From: Anaerolineales bacterium
GTDB lineage: Bacteria; Chloroflexota; Anaerolineae; Anaerolineales; Villigracilaceae
Direction of reading: 5' to 3'
Assembly: GCA_038250295.1 (NCBI GenBank)
Contig: JBBSCM010000001.1
Coordinates: 1-59,698, forward strand
Length of the DNA: 59,698 nt
Positions 18,769-29,416 of this stretch are shown piece after piece. Position numbers and translations under genes: made by a program. The number at the start of each line of letters is the position of its first letter. The stretch's first letter is position 1. Below the pieces are notes generated by a model. That model did not search any database. It was not told where the DNA came from and saw only the letters and a program-made list of their open reading frames with translations.

Positions 18769-20538
18769 CTATTCTACAATATAACAAACCAATTGATCGC
18801 CGGGTTGAATGTCATTAAAGCTTTTGAAGCCAACGCCGCATTCAAAGCCCTGACGAATTTCTTTGACATCTTCTTTTTCATGACGAAGCGATGAGAGGTC
18901 GCCTTCGTAGATCATATCTGTGCCGCGGAGGAGCCGCACGCGCGCACCGCGCCTGAGTTCGCCATCTGTGACTTTGCAGCCTGCAACCTTACCAAACTTG
19001 GAAGCAGTGAACACATCCAACACTTGTGCGCGGCCAAGCACTTTTTCAACAAGCTTGGGTTTAAGCATACCATTGAGAGCCTTCTCAATGTCTTCGGTCA
19101 TGCGATAAATGATTTCGTACAGGCGAATGTCCACGCCTTCTTTTTCAGCGAGGCGGCGGCCGTCCACATCAGCCTGTACGTTAAAGCCGATGATAATCGC
19201 TTTTGACGCGGCTGCAAGCATAACGTCATTGTTGCCGATATTACCCGTTTCTGCATGAAGGATGTGCAGGCCGATCTCGCCTTCACCGAGCTTGTTCAAT
19301 TCGTTAACGATCGGGTCAAGTGAACCTTGTACATCTGCCTTGATGATGAGGTTGAGTCCCTTGGCTTCGCCGGCCTGCACGTTGGCAAACAGATCTTCCA
19401 GAGAAACTTTTTTCTTGGTTTGGGAAAGGGCCTTGGCCGCATCGGTGCGTTCCGATACGATATTGCGCGCTTCTTTTTCAGAGTCTACTACCTGGAAAAT
19501 ATCACCAGCGGAGGGCATGCCGCTTAGTCCCATAACAGCTACGGGCGTGGACGGACCGGCTTTCTTAATCGGCTTGCCTTTGTAATCTGTAATCGCGCGT
19601 AGTTTTCCATAAGCGGTTCCAGCTACAACAATATCGCCTGCTTCGAGAGTTCCATTCTGAACAAGCAAAGTCGCCAGCACGCCTTTGGATTTATCCAACT
19701 CAGCTTCAATGACTGTGCCGATCACTTTTCCGCCAGGGTTGGCCTTGATCTCGTTGCTGTCGGCCACAAGCAAAATACCTTCGAGCAGATCATCGATGCC
19801 CTGCTTTTGTCTTGCAGAGACAGATACAACCATCGTATTGCCGCCCCAATCATCAGGGACGAGTTCAAGCTCGGCAAGCTGCTGTTTCACACGATCTGGG
19901 TTGGCGTTTGCTTTATCGACTTTATTCAATGCCACGATCAGAGGAACGCGCGCAGCTTTGGCGTGCGCAATGGCTTCGCGAGTTTGCGGCATGACGCCGT
20001 CATCTGCAGCGACGACCAGCACAACGATATCTGCGCCTTGCGCTCCGCGTGCGCGCATTTGCGTAAATGCGGCGTGACCGGGTGTATCCAGAAAAGTGAT
20101 GAGGCGTCCCTTCTTTTCAACTTGATAAGCGCCGATGTGCTGCGTAATACCGCCGGCTTCCCCTGCGGCAACTTCCGTCTGACGGATGGCATCCAGCAGG
20201 CTGGTCTTACCGTGATCAACATGCCCCAGAATGGTTACTACCGGAGGGCGTGGTTTTAGGAGTGAATTATTTTCTCCCGCGATCATCTGACGCCAGATGG
20301 GTATTTCCCCGGTTTCTTCTTTTGTAACTTCTTCTGTTGCTTCAAGGACGGCTTCGAATCCATACTCTCCAACCACAATCGCAGCCGTGTCAAAATCAAC
20401 GGTCTGATTGATGGTTGCCATGACACCATTCGTCATCAATTTTTTGATCAGGTCAATCGGGCTTTTTTCGATCTTCAGCGCCAGGTCACGTATCACAATA
20501 CTGGCAGGCAATTCAAGTTTATTACCATTGCTACTCAT
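18769..20538 (-). CDS. infB: Translation initiation factor IF-2
   Basis: [23 protein letters not shown] and NKVD motifs. Confidence 0.98.
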   Translation of the reverse strand: MSSNGNKLELPASIVIRDLALKIEKSPIDLIKKLMTNGVMATINQTVDFDTAAIVVGEYGFEAVLEATEEVTKEETGEIPIWRQMIAGENNSLLKPRPPVVTILGHVDHGKTSLLDAIRQTEVAAGEAGGITQHIGAYQVEKKGRLITFLDTPGHAAFTQMRARGAQGADIVVLVVAADDGVMPQTREAIAHAKAARVPLIVALNKVDKANANPDRVKQQLAELELVPDDWGGNTMVVSVSARQKQGIDDLLEGILLVADSNEIKANPGGKVIGTVIEAELDKSKGVLATLLVQNGTLEAGDIVVAGTAYGKLRAITDYKGKPIKKAGPSTPVAVMGLSGMPSAGDIFQVVDSEKEARNIVSERTDAAKALSQTKKKVSLEDLFANVQAGEAKGLNLIIKADVQGSLDPIVNELNKLGEGEIGLHILHAETGNIGNNDVMLAAASKAIIIGFNVQADVDGRRLAEKEGVDIRLYEIIYRMTEDIEKALNGMLKPKLVEKVLGRAQVLDVFTASKFGKVAGCKVTDGELRRGARVRLLRGTDMIYEGDLSSLRHEKEDVKEIRQGFECGVGFKSFNDIQPGDQLVCYIVE

Positions 20539-20624
20539 AGGCCATCTCCTTCTGGTTTACGGAGATCATCTTTCGAGGTCCGCATCTTTATTAATTCTCC
20601 AACGAGAGGCTTGTGAGCGAGTGG

Positions 20625-20951
20625 CTATTCGTTCACATGGCTTTGCTTGTTGGTCTCTGCTGCATCATGATGCGGCAAAGTAATAATGAATTCTTCCAAT
20701 CGAGCGCGGTCCTCTGCGGTCAATTCAGCTTTGAGCGCATGCGCCAAAGCTCCCCTCAGTCCGTTCACCCAGCATTCACGCTGATCGTGCAAGTACGCGC
20801 CTCGCCCGGCTAGCTTGCCGGTTGGGTCTACTCGTACCCCTTCAGCCGCGCGTACGATCCGCACCATTTGCCTTTTTGGCAAAACTTCGCGGCATCCCAC
20901 GCAGGTCCGTTGGGGTACGTGTTTTACGCGTCGGGCAGGTTTCTTCGTCAC
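20625..20951 (-). CDS. ylxR: YlxR/RnpM family RNA-binding protein
   Basis: HVPQRTCVGCR and GRGAYL motifs; between nusA and infB; GTG start at 20951 inferred. Confidence 0.9.
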   Translation of the reverse strand: MTKKPARRVKHVPQRTCVGCREVLPKRQMVRIVRAAEGVRVDPTGKLAGRGAYLHDQRECWVNGLRGALAHALKAELTAEDRARLEEFIITLPHHDAAETNKQSHVNE

Positions 20952-20976
20952 CTTCAATATACCCAAAGGGAAAGGG

Positions 20977-22842
20977 TTATTCCCAATCACTGCCGGTATC
21001 GTCGGTGCCGCGCTTGTGTTTCTTACGGCCAACAACCGCCCCAAGTTTTTCATCGAATTCCAATTCGACGCCTTTCTTCTTGCCTTTCTTGTCCTTCTTC
21101 TTATCGTCTTCTTCTGTGGTTGCCGCAGTTTGGAATATCTCCGGCTTCATCTTGAATAACTCATCCAGAGAGACTCCATCCTTCGCATGTTCTTCTTCCT
21201 CTTCGATAACCTTCTTCGCATCTTTCTTCGCGTCAGATTGTTTATTCGGAACAGGTATTTCCTCCGCTGTGACAGGTTCCAACACGGCAACAGCCTCGGC
21301 GATAACAGGCTCTTCCATCTTGACAGGTTCAGGCTCTGGCTCAGGGAAGGTAAGTGCGGCAAGGGATTCTTCAATGTTTTGCATGGCCTTCGAGCCAATG
21401 CCTGCAAGCCCAAGGACTTTGTTCGCGTCTGTCTTGACCGCGAACATCAAACTGCCAACGGTCTCAAAACCGGCCTCAGTGAGGATGTTGAAGATGTGCT
21501 CTTTGATACCGGCTTGATCAAGCGGCATTTGGAATGCGAGAGCGGGGATTTCAGCGCGGGCTGCGGTTGTGCGTTCTTCTTCCACGCGCGCAGCTTCTTC
21601 TTTAATTTGAATCGTACGGCGTTCAACACGGTCCACGAATTGACCAAGGGCAGTATACTCTTCCGGCGTAATTGGGCGGCCTTCAGCCTTCTTGGCAAGA
21701 ATTTCCTGCATTTGTGGAATAGCTTCCACGGCGGCAGGCAGTATTGCCATGAGTTCCGCATTGCCCTGTAATTTATTGAGAGTATCGCCAGCAGCTTCAC
21801 TCAGTGACTTGATGTCGATGCGCCAGCCGGTGAGTTTCGCGGCGAGACGGGCATTCTGTCCATCGCGGCCAATGGCGAGGCTGAGTTGATCTTCACCCAC
21901 GACAACCGTTGCCGTGCGTGCGCCTTCGCTATCAGCGAGATAAACGCCGTTGACGCGCGCCGGGCTGATGGCCTTGGAGATGTAAACAATGGGATCCTGG
22001 TCCCATTGGATAATATCGATTTTTTCATCGTGTAGTTCTTTTACAATGGCTTGAATACGGACGCCTTTGATACCCACACATGCGCCTACGGGGTCAATAC
22101 CGGCTTGTGTGGCAGAAACGGCCACCTTCGCGCGTGCGCCCGGCTCGCGTGAAATGGCGCGGATCTCAACAATGCCGTGATAAATTTCAGGGACTTCATT
22201 CTCAAGCAAACGGCGCAGGAAGTTGCGATGCGCGCGCGAAAGCACGATCTGCGGACCGCGTGTGCCATCTTTTACTTCCATCACGACGGCGCGAATGCGG
22301 TCATGTAATTTAAGTCTTTCGCCGGGGATCTTTTGGTTATTGGGCATGACCCCTTCGGCCTTCATATCAAGTCCGATGGTCGTGCCCTGCGCATTGGTGG
22401 CTTGTACCAAACCAGAAACGATCTCGCCGACCTGCCGCTCGAAATATTGCATTTGATTCGAACGCTCGGCCTCACGGATGCGCTGCTGGATTACCTGACG
22501 CGCGGTCTGTGCGGCCACACGGCCAAAGTCTGCCGGGGTGGTTTCCACAACAACCATGTCGCCAAGTTGGGCCTCGGGGTTGACCTTACGCGCTACTTCC
22601 AACAGCACTTCAGTGCGGTCGTCAATAACGCTGTCTTCAACCACTTCCTTCTCAGCGTAGACTGTGACGATGCCTGTTTCTGAGTCGAGTTTTGCCTCCA
22701 CATGCTGTGCTGTAGACGCACTGACAGCGCGGCGATAGGCAGAGACCATCGCGGACTCAATTGCAGAAACAACGATATCCTTGGCAAGTTGTTTCTCTTC
22801 AAGTACTTCATTAAAGGCTAATGCAAATTCATTTTTTGGCAT
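20977..22842 (-). CDS. nusA: Transcription factor NusA with long C-terminal extension
   Basis: [18 protein letters not shown] and [18 protein letters not shown] motifs. Confidence 0.97.
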   Translation of the reverse strand: MPKNEFALAFNEVLEEKQLAKDIVVSAIESAMVSAYRRAVSASTAQHVEAKLDSETGIVTVYAEKEVVEDSVIDDRTEVLLEVARKVNPEAQLGDMVVVETTPADFGRVAAQTARQVIQQRIREAERSNQMQYFERQVGEIVSGLVQATNAQGTTIGLDMKAEGVMPNNQKIPGERLKLHDRIRAVVMEVKDGTRGPQIVLSRAHRNFLRRLLENEVPEIYHGIVEIRAISREPGARAKVAVSATQAGIDPVGACVGIKGVRIQAIVKELHDEKIDIIQWDQDPIVYISKAISPARVNGVYLADSEGARTATVVVGEDQLSLAIGRDGQNARLAAKLTGWRIDIKSLSEAAGDTLNKLQGNAELMAILPAAVEAIPQMQEILAKKAEGRPITPEEYTALGQFVDRVERRTIQIKEEAARVEEERTTAARAEIPALAFQMPLDQAGIKEHIFNILTEAGFETVGSLMFAVKTDANKVLGLAGIGSKAMQNIEESLAALTFPEPEPEPVKMEEPVIAEAVAVLEPVTAEEIPVPNKQSDAKKDAKKVIEEEEEHAKDGVSLDELFKMKPEIFQTAATTEEDDKKKDKKGKKKGVELEFDEKLGAVVGRKKHKRGTDDTGSDWE

Positions 22843-22876
22843 GTCACTTACTCCATTGCTCCTATTATTACAAGCA

Positions 22877-22901
22877 GAAAAGTGGGGGTTACCCACTTTT
22901 C
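22877..22901 (-). promoter_or_regulatory. rimP-leader-like attenuator hairpin
   Basis: gaaaagtggg/cccacttttc stem in the 5' UTR of the nusA operon, matching the AGUGGG/CCCACU shape of the rimP leader. Confidence 0.65.
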
Positions 22902-22982
22902 GGTGTCGTCTCTATGGGGTTTTCCGTCCGCTCAAAATTTTAGCATAGAGGCAGAGAAGGCGCAAGGTATAATCTTTCCCAC

Positions 22983-23717
22983 ATGACTGAAAGAGATATG
23001 CAAAAAGCTGCATTGCGCGGTGAACCGTCTTATGTTTGGCGTGCCGGCCAACAACGCCGCCTGGATATGATCGTACAGGCTGCAGAAAAACGAATTAACG
23101 GTCTTGTGCTTGAAAATGGCTGCGGGGTGGGAATGTATGTTGAGAAGTTGACCAGCCTCGGGTCACATGTGATCGGATTGGAATATGATTTGGAGCGGGC
23201 CGTCGAAGCGAGAGTCAATTCTGATGAGATCATCAATGCCGCAGGTGAATTCATCCCGTTTCCTTCCTCGACCTTTGACCTGATCCTCAGCCACGAGGTG
23301 ATCGAACACGTTCAGGATGACCGCGCCGCCATCTGTGAGATGATCCGTTTATTAAAACGCGGTGGTCGTGTTGTCATCTTTTGCCCGAATCGCGGTTATC
23401 CCTTTGAAACGCACGGAATATTTTGGCAGGGAAAATATTATTTTGGGAATAAATTGTTCGTGAATTATTTGCCACGTCTTCTGAGGAATAAACTTGCCCC
23501 GCATGTACGTGTGTATTCAAAACGAGACTTGCAAAAATTGTTCAATGGTCTGCCCGTGAAGTTCATTGAGCGCACCGTTATCTTCGGCGCATACGATAAC
23601 ATCATTGCGCGTTTTGGCGTGTTCGGAAAATTCCTGCGCGCGATATTGCAATTCCTTGAAACCACACCCCTAAAGAGTTTTGGCCTTTCACATTTCTGGG
23701 TTGTTGAGAAATTGTGA
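22983..23717 (+). CDS. Class I SAM-dependent methyltransferase
   Basis: VLENGCGVG and FDLILSHEVIEHV motifs; TATAAT 9 nt upstream. Confidence 0.9.
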   Translation: MTERDMQKAALRGEPSYVWRAGQQRRLDMIVQAAEKRINGLVLENGCGVGMYVEKLTSLGSHVIGLEYDLERAVEARVNSDEIINAAGEFIPFPSSTFDLILSHEVIEHVQDDRAAICEMIRLLKRGGRVVIFCPNRGYPFETHGIFWQGKYYFGNKLFVNYLPRLLRNKLAPHVRVYSKRDLQKLFNGLPVKFIERTVIFGAYDNIIARFGVFGKFLRAILQFLETTPLKSFGLSHFWVVEKL

Positions 23718-23745
23718 ATACGTCTGAAATGCCTTCTTGAATTTT

Positions 23746-24168
23746 TTACTCATCCTCCCCTGATGATGACCCGGGTTGTTCCACGCGGATGATCTCGCCG
23801 TGATAGTTGATAATTACTTTGAATCCCATCATGCCGAGATAGGCGCGCATGTCTTCCGGGATACCTGTTTGCATGAGCGCGTCGAATTGTTTATCGATGT
23901 TCTTAAGTTGTTGTTCGATGATCGCTTTTGAAAAGGGATCATCCTGTCCCATCATTTTTGCGGCTTGTTCTGAAAGCAGGTCTTCACTGCCTTTCATCAT
24001 TTCAGCCATTTGCGCGAGCACAGCGCGGTCTACTTGTTCAGCGGGGATGTGGCGGCGGAATCCCGAATCATTCACCACGTAACATGGCTCGTTTCCAATG
24101 AATGACGATTCTGCGAGGTTGCCTGATTCGTCTATTACAAGTCCGGCAAAGAGAGGTTGATTGGGCAT
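23746..24168 (-). CDS. Hypothetical protein
   Basis: Clean 140-aa ORF from ATG at 24168; no motif recognised. Confidence 0.7.
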   Translation of the reverse strand: MPNQPLFAGLVIDESGNLAESSFIGNEPCYVVNDSGFRRHIPAEQVDRAVLAQMAEMMKGSEDLLSEQAAKMMGQDDPFSKAIIEQQLKNIDKQFDALMQTGIPEDMRAYLGMMGFKVIINYHGEIIRVEQPGSSSGEDE

Positions 24169-24185
24169 AATTTTTGAAATGTGTA

Positions 24186-24273
24186 GTGCGTCGCACCTGA
24201 CGGGTGGATTTTTTCCATTAATCAAAAAAATCTCAACGATTAGTATTTTCCCGTCGAATCAGGTGCGACGCAC
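24186..24273. repeat. 15-bp perfect inverted repeat pair (REP-like)
   Basis: gtgcgtcgcacctga (24186-24200) / tcaggtgcgacgcac (24259-24273). Confidence 0.8.
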
Positions 24274-24286
24274 CCCGGTTTGAAAA

Positions 24287-24862
24287 TTAACTCTGTCTTC
24301 CTTCAACAGCTGCCAAAAGAATTGCGGCGGCAATCCCTATACGGCGGTCCAGGCGCTGGCTGAGGTCCATGCTGAAATCTGCGGTGAGTTGATAAGCGAA
24401 CGGATTAAATGCCTGTTTGAGATCGGCGACGCGGTCTGTGCCGATGGTGATATCGTAGTTTTGTGGAATAAGCCCGGTAAGGAAGCGGCGCAGCAATGCC
24501 AGCCCCATACTGTCTTCAAATAACTTGCCGATGACATTATCGCCCACATCAAGAATATCCCATTCATCACGCAAAATGGATGCCAGACCCTTGCGGCGAA
24601 GCGCGCCAACTTTTTGGCCGCTGGCGCTGTCCACTACATCGAACGCGGCAGAAAAATCCATGATCTGGCGGGCTTTGATCATCAAGACTTCCTGCGTTTT
24701 GTTTTCATCGGAATAGACACGAATATCTTCGCGCAGCTTAAACATTTTCTGCTGACTGAACAATACAAGTTGTCCGCTTGGAGCATAGAAACGGAATTTA
24801 CCCGCCAATGCAAAGACCTGTCGTTTGAGCAAATATTGATTGTGTTGAAAAGCTGGATTCAT
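24287..24862 (-). CDS. LURP-one/scramblase-like (tubby C-terminal fold) protein
   Basis: QKMFKLREDIRVY, KVGALRRKG and DRRIGIAAAILL patterns; AGGAG RBS. Confidence 0.65.
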   Translation of the reverse strand: MNPAFQHNQYLLKRQVFALAGKFRFYAPSGQLVLFSQQKMFKLREDIRVYSDENKTQEVLMIKARQIMDFSAAFDVVDSASGQKVGALRRKGLASILRDEWDILDVGDNVIGKLFEDSMGLALLRRFLTGLIPQNYDITIGTDRVADLKQAFNPFAYQLTADFSMDLSQRLDRRIGIAAAILLAAVEGRQS

Positions 24863-24917
24863 TTTTTTTCTCTCCTTTTAATATGGATCTTTTGCAAAAG
24901 TCAGAAGATATTACTCG

Positions 24918-25106
24918 CTGGAGTGCAAAAATTCTACTTTTGCGGTTTCAAAAAGAACGTCCCGAAGGTTTTGTCGAGAAAATTTGGTCGTTTGTGCCAA
25001 CCTTCGGGACGGTTTCAACTGAAACGAAACACACCCAAATCATTTCCAAGTCTTATTTTTGCGGTTTCGGAAGTAGAACTTCCGAACTCCGAAACACTTA
25101 CGCAAG
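24918..25106. repeat. Inverted GGAGT-type REP pair enclosing a truncated MITE copy (24949-25036)
   Basis: 24949-25036 equals the reverse complement of 36382-36469 with one mismatch; flanked by ggagtgcaaaaattctacttttgc and inverted ggagttcggaagttctacttccga. Confidence 0.85.
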
Positions 25107-25118
25107 AGGTTTTATGAA

Positions 25119-26150
25119 TTATACAACCTGGACTCTGGTGCCCTGGCCGGGCAGGTGCAGGTAATCCTCATCAGGCGGGACCACGGGACTGGTCCAGAGA
25201 TATATCCATTTTGCATCGGCTGACGAAAGGTTGACGCAGCCGTGACTGCGAGGGCGGCCATAATCGTTATGCCAGTATGCGCCGTGAAAAGCGTGACCCG
25301 ACCCTGTAAAGAACGAGCACCAGGGCACACCGGCCAGACTGTACACATTTTTTATTACGGCGTCGCCCTGGTCATTGGTCATGTGAATGGACGGGCCTTT
25401 ATGATATGTGCTGAAATCGCCTTTTGGTGTATCGGTCCCTTTTTGGCCGCTGGAACAACGCGCTGAAAATACCAGTTGATCCCCTTCAAAGGCTGTCACC
25501 ATTTGCGAGGCAAGGTCCACGTGGATGAGTTTATCAGCGCTGGGAATGTTTGTAGAAAGCGGAGCCAGTTCCTCGGGTGGAACGATGCGCATGTTATACG
25601 TCGGGACGTAAAAAGATTTCTTAAGCACGTTGTCAAATATCTCGTACCAAATACTTTTCTCGTCACGTGTGACAACGACTTTTTTGATCCAATGGGTGCT
25701 TCCGTAATATAAACGATGCGCGTTTTTTGCATATACGTATGGACCCAAATACGTAAGACTCATGGGCACGCTGATCTCGCCGAGCAGACCCGCTTCGGGA
25801 ACGTTGTAAACTGCTTTTTGATAGACCGTTTCAACCGGCTGAAGCCAGCCTGAGTAGACATAACCATTATCCACTTGATACCATTTGTTGTTGAATGGGT
25901 TGCCGTAGCCGAGTTCGCCTTCCACTTCGGCTTTCAGCTCAACAACCTTGTCAATTCCAAATAAATGCAACTCATTTGCCTGGAAGGAAGGCGCATCATA
26001 GAGCGGAATGCCGCTCCAGGTGATGCGTCCCTGGGAGGCGGGGAGCGCGGCCAAAGCACGGTCAATGCCCATTTCGGAGAGGGCAAGCGCGAGCGCGCCG
26101 GAAGCGGAAAGTTTTAAAAAGTCGCGGCGGGAAAGTTGATGATTTATCAT
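25119..26150 (-). CDS. Tat-exported L,D-transpeptidase (YkuD family)
   Basis: SRRDFLK signal; FHGAYWHNDYGRPRSHGCVNL catalytic motif. Confidence 0.92.
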   Translation of the reverse strand: MINHQLSRRDFLKLSASGALALALSEMGIDRALAALPASQGRITWSGIPLYDAPSFQANELHLFGIDKVVELKAEVEGELGYGNPFNNKWYQVDNGYVYSGWLQPVETVYQKAVYNVPEAGLLGEISVPMSLTYLGPYVYAKNAHRLYYGSTHWIKKVVVTRDEKSIWYEIFDNVLKKSFYVPTYNMRIVPPEELAPLSTNIPSADKLIHVDLASQMVTAFEGDQLVFSARCSSGQKGTDTPKGDFSTYHKGPSIHMTNDQGDAVIKNVYSLAGVPWCSFFTGSGHAFHGAYWHNDYGRPRSHGCVNLSSADAKWIYLWTSPVVPPDEDYLHLPGQGTRVQVV

Positions 26151-26187
26151 AGTTGTTTGTAGCGGACGTTCCAGCGCATCTATATTC

Positions 26188-27213
26188 TTACACTACAATT
26201 TCCACACTGGTGCCTATGGCTCCATGAGAAAATTCCTTGTTCATGGCAACCTGGGGAGATGTCCAGCGGTATAACCATTTTGCGGCGGATGATGAAAGGT
26301 TGATGCAGCCGTGTGAGCGCGGGCGTCCGAAGTCATTATGCCAGAAGGTGCCGTGGAATGAAATCCCACTTTCGGTTATGTATTGCACCCACGGCACACC
26401 GGGCAGGTCGAATCCGTTTGAGGCGATATCTCCGGCGGACATGTGGCGCGAGGGGCGTTTGTAATAGGTGGTGAACAAACCCGTTGGCGTGGTGTAGGTC
26501 CCAACCCGTAATATACCGCCCGTTGAAGCGGGAGATACAAAGACGGGCAAATTATTTTCATAAGCAATGACCAATTGCTCGCCCAGCCGCACTTGTATTT
26601 TTTTGGAGCCGTTTGGCACATCCGCGTGGATCGGGGCTAGTTCATCCGCTGAGATGATGCGGATATGCTCTGCGCGCGCGTAATACAACTTGTCCCATTT
26701 ATCATCGCGCACCTCATACCAGACCTGACCATTGGCGGCTGTGGTGACGGATTTGATCCAGTGCGTTGTTTCGTAGTACATGCGATACGCAACTTCGGAT
26801 GTTTTATCGGGCAATTCAAAGGCATCTGTGTAAGGCACGCTTATTTCGGCAAGCAGGCCCTCTTTGGGAATATCCAGGACGGGTTTGGTTAAGATCGTGC
26901 GAACAGGCTGGATACTCCCCGAATATACATAACCAATTTTATCGATCTCGTACCAGACGCGGTTGTGTGAAGTTTCATCGTCGCTGATGGCTGTGTTGGT
27001 AATGTTCAAAAGCATATCGCGGTGGCATATCTTTAAAGGGTTTGCTTTGACGGCTGGGTGATCCAGCATCCAGACCGTGCGCGTGACCACACGCCCCTGT
27101 TGCGCTTCAAAAGGGTCATTAGAAAGAAAATTGAGCGGAGGCGCAAATAAACCAGCCAGCCCCAACCCGCTCAATTTCAAAAAATCTCGTCGTGATAAAT
27201 TATTCGAATTCAT
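26188..27213 (-). CDS. Tat-exported L,D-transpeptidase (YkuD family)
   Basis: SRRDFLK; FHGTFWHNDFGRPRSHGCINL; ATG at 27213. Confidence 0.92.
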   Translation of the reverse strand: MNSNNLSRRDFLKLSGLGLAGLFAPPLNFLSNDPFEAQQGRVVTRTVWMLDHPAVKANPLKICHRDMLLNITNTAISDDETSHNRVWYEIDKIGYVYSGSIQPVRTILTKPVLDIPKEGLLAEISVPYTDAFELPDKTSEVAYRMYYETTHWIKSVTTAANGQVWYEVRDDKWDKLYYARAEHIRIISADELAPIHADVPNGSKKIQVRLGEQLVIAYENNLPVFVSPASTGGILRVGTYTTPTGLFTTYYKRPSRHMSAGDIASNGFDLPGVPWVQYITESGISFHGTFWHNDFGRPRSHGCINLSSSAAKWLYRWTSPQVAMNKEFSHGAIGTSVEIVV

Positions 27214-27219
27214 AGATAA

Positions 27220-27261
27220 GGAGATTGCCACGTCGGGGAGAGCGCCCTCCTCGCAATGACA
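27220..27261. repeat. Right half of the GTCATTGCGAG-family repeat
   Basis: ggagattgccacg...cctcgcaatgaca. Confidence 0.8.
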
Positions 27262-27266
27262 TGAAA

Positions 27267-28439
27267 TTAATAATGCACATTCACCACTGTACCAACCGAA
27301 GAGAAGTTATACAGCCATTCCGCATCCGGGATGGTGAGATTCACGCAGCCATGACTCATCGGTGTTCCAAAATTATTGTGCCAGTATGTGCCATGCAAAC
27401 CGTAATCCTTATAAAAATACATTACATAAGGAACATCGGGCAAATAATACCCGGGACCAGACATCGCCTGGGAACGCACCTTTATCCAGACTTTAAATTT
27501 TCCCGTCACCGTTGGCGTTTGCCATGTGCCGGTTGAAACAACGAATGAATTTACAAGCGTATCGCCTTCATAGGCATACACACGCTGCTGCGACAGATCA
27601 ACGTCGATCCAATGCGCTCCACCGTTTCCTGTCCCTTGCGGATGAACATTAGCCACAGCCGTCGGCGCCACATATTCAGACGTGGGAGTATCCGCAACGA
27701 TCTCCGCAGACACGATGCCGGGTTCACTCGTCACCTCCGGCGCGGCTGGTCCAATAAAGGGTGTGTCAGTTGGTAAAACAACGGCTTCAAGTGTCGGCGG
27801 TGGATTGGTTGGAATCACCACGGCAACTTGCGGTTGTGTTTCTTCAATCACCGCAGGGATTGGGATTGCAGTGAACGTCGCTGTGGGCGGGTTCACCTGT
27901 GCGATTGGCTGCGACAAAGACGGCTTGGCAATATTTACCTGCGCAAAGGAAAGCCTTGGAGCGGATTGGGTTGGCTGAGCAGATGAAAGACTTAAGATCG
28001 ATGCGAGCACAGGCGACGTCACAGCCGACCATGCCGCAAACATAAAGACTCCGCATCCCATTACGATCAATAGGATGGGAAGGAGCTTGCTTTTTGATTT
28101 CGGATTTTTCGCGCTCTCGTTTCGGACTGCGCCTTGAGCCTGCTTCCCGTTCTTCGAGTTGACGTTACCCGGCTGCGTGTCCCCACTCCTCGCTAAAGCC
28201 CATTCCATCGCCTTTTTTGCACGCGAACTATTCGGGTTTAACTCCAAAGCCTTGCGGGCATACTCCACGCTTTCATGCGGGTCGGAAACCGATGTGAGAA
28301 CCAGCCAGGGGTCTTCGCTTTGAGGCATAAGTTTGGCGGCGCGCTCCGCCCACCTGCGGGCTTCCTCTTTTTCCCCATTTTTCAAAGCCTCGCGGGCATA
28401 GGTCAACGCTTCCCGGGATTCAATAAAACGATCATTCAT
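27267..28439 (-). CDS. Membrane-anchored L,D-transpeptidase with cytoplasmic TPR-like N-terminus
   Basis: TPR-like [13 protein letters not shown] helix, Pro/Thr linker, [21 protein letters not shown]. Confidence 0.9.
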   Translation of the reverse strand: MNDRFIESREALTYAREALKNGEKEEARRWAERAAKLMPQSEDPWLVLTSVSDPHESVEYARKALELNPNSSRAKKAMEWALARSGDTQPGNVNSKNGKQAQGAVRNESAKNPKSKSKLLPILLIVMGCGVFMFAAWSAVTSPVLASILSLSSAQPTQSAPRLSFAQVNIAKPSLSQPIAQVNPPTATFTAIPIPAVIEETQPQVAVVIPTNPPPTLEAVVLPTDTPFIGPAAPEVTSEPGIVSAEIVADTPTSEYVAPTAVANVHPQGTGNGGAHWIDVDLSQQRVYAYEGDTLVNSFVVSTGTWQTPTVTGKFKVWIKVRSQAMSGPGYYLPDVPYVMYFYKDYGLHGTYWHNNFGTPMSHGCVNLTIPDAEWLYNFSSVGTVVNVHY

Positions 28440-28509
28440 AAGTCACCTTCGGTAAAGATCATCGTTCTCCCGAAAAAATCGGGACAGTGTGAGCGGAGTA
28501 ACGAGTGTT

Positions 28510-28625
28510 CCCTTCGACACGCTCAGGGCAGGTTTCGAGGAACAATTTGACGTGAAAATAAATTAATTTTAAACCATATCCTTCGACTACGCCACACAAA
28601 AAACGTGCGGCTCCGCTCAGGACGA
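28510..28625. repeat. CTTCGAC...GCTCAGG-family REP-like repeats
   Basis: cccttcgacacgctcaggg and ccttcgactacg...ccgctcagga. Confidence 0.6.
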
Positions 28626-28678
28626 AGAATCTATGCAAGTTAAATTATAAACCTTTGACGCGTAAAAAGATTCGTCTT

Positions 28679-29416
28679 TTACCATCTGATTTCAACTGGT
28701 GTGCCTACGTCGGCCCAGTCATAAAGCACCTGGGCATCGTAGGTATCAAGCACCACGCAGCCATATGAAATTGGGACTCCCAAATAGCCGGCCCATAAGG
28801 TTGCGCCGTTTGGCAGAATGGGCAGGGCGTGGATCCCATTTTCCAAACTTCCAGACCAGTAAATACCGAGCCAGTTTGGCATCCAGATATTCCAGGTCGC
28901 GCCATAGGCGTTGGGAATCTTATCCAGCACGCTGAATGTGCCAACCCTTGTGGCATTGTTCATCCCGGTGGATGAGACAAAGCTATAGACCAGGGCCTCG
29001 CCTTCATATACATACATATGCTGTTCTGAGATGTCAACCAGGATGTATTTGTTCCCGCCATAACCTGGCGCGACAATCTGGGACGTATCAACATTCTGAA
29101 TTGTCGGCGCGACATATTCAGATGTTGAGGGTTCCACGATCTCTGTATATACCAGTGACTCAGGTGTGTTGGCGGGTAATTCAGTTGGAAAAGAAGTTGG
29201 GAATGGAGTTAAAGTAGGTAACGCAGTATAGGTCGGTTTTGCAATATCTGCCATTGCAAAGAATTGCGCGTGAGTTGGAGTGACAGCGTTATTTAAGCTC
29301 AACGCAGGTGACGATGTCGCCGTCCATGCCGTGATGCCGATGACCGCCAGAAGCAAAGTGATGAACAATGCCGGGTAGAGCGGGCCTCGTTTTGCTGGCT
29401 TGGGCAATTTGTTCAT
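28679..29416 (-). CDS. Membrane-anchored L,D-transpeptidase
   Basis: VDISEQHMYVY and GIHALP...ISYGCV; shares IAKP and TSEYVAPT with 27267-28439. Confidence 0.85.
   Translation of the reverse strand: MNKLPKPAKRGPLYPALFITLLLAVIGITAWTATSSPALSLNNAVTPTHAQFFAMADIAKPTYTALPTLTPFPTSFPTELPANTPESLVYTEIVEPSTSEYVAPTIQNVDTSQIVAPGYGGNKYILVDISEQHMYVYEGEALVYSFVSSTGMNNATRVGTFSVLDKIPNAYGATWNIWMPNWLGIYWSGSLENGIHALPILPNGATLWAGYLGVPISYGCVVLDTYDAQVLYDWADVGTPVEIRW

Noticed and set aside
24614-25164. ORFs 24614-25117 and 24883-25164 (likewise 12310-12633, 14193-14495, 36358-36564)
   Set aside because: They are translations of palindromic repeat DNA or antisense frames
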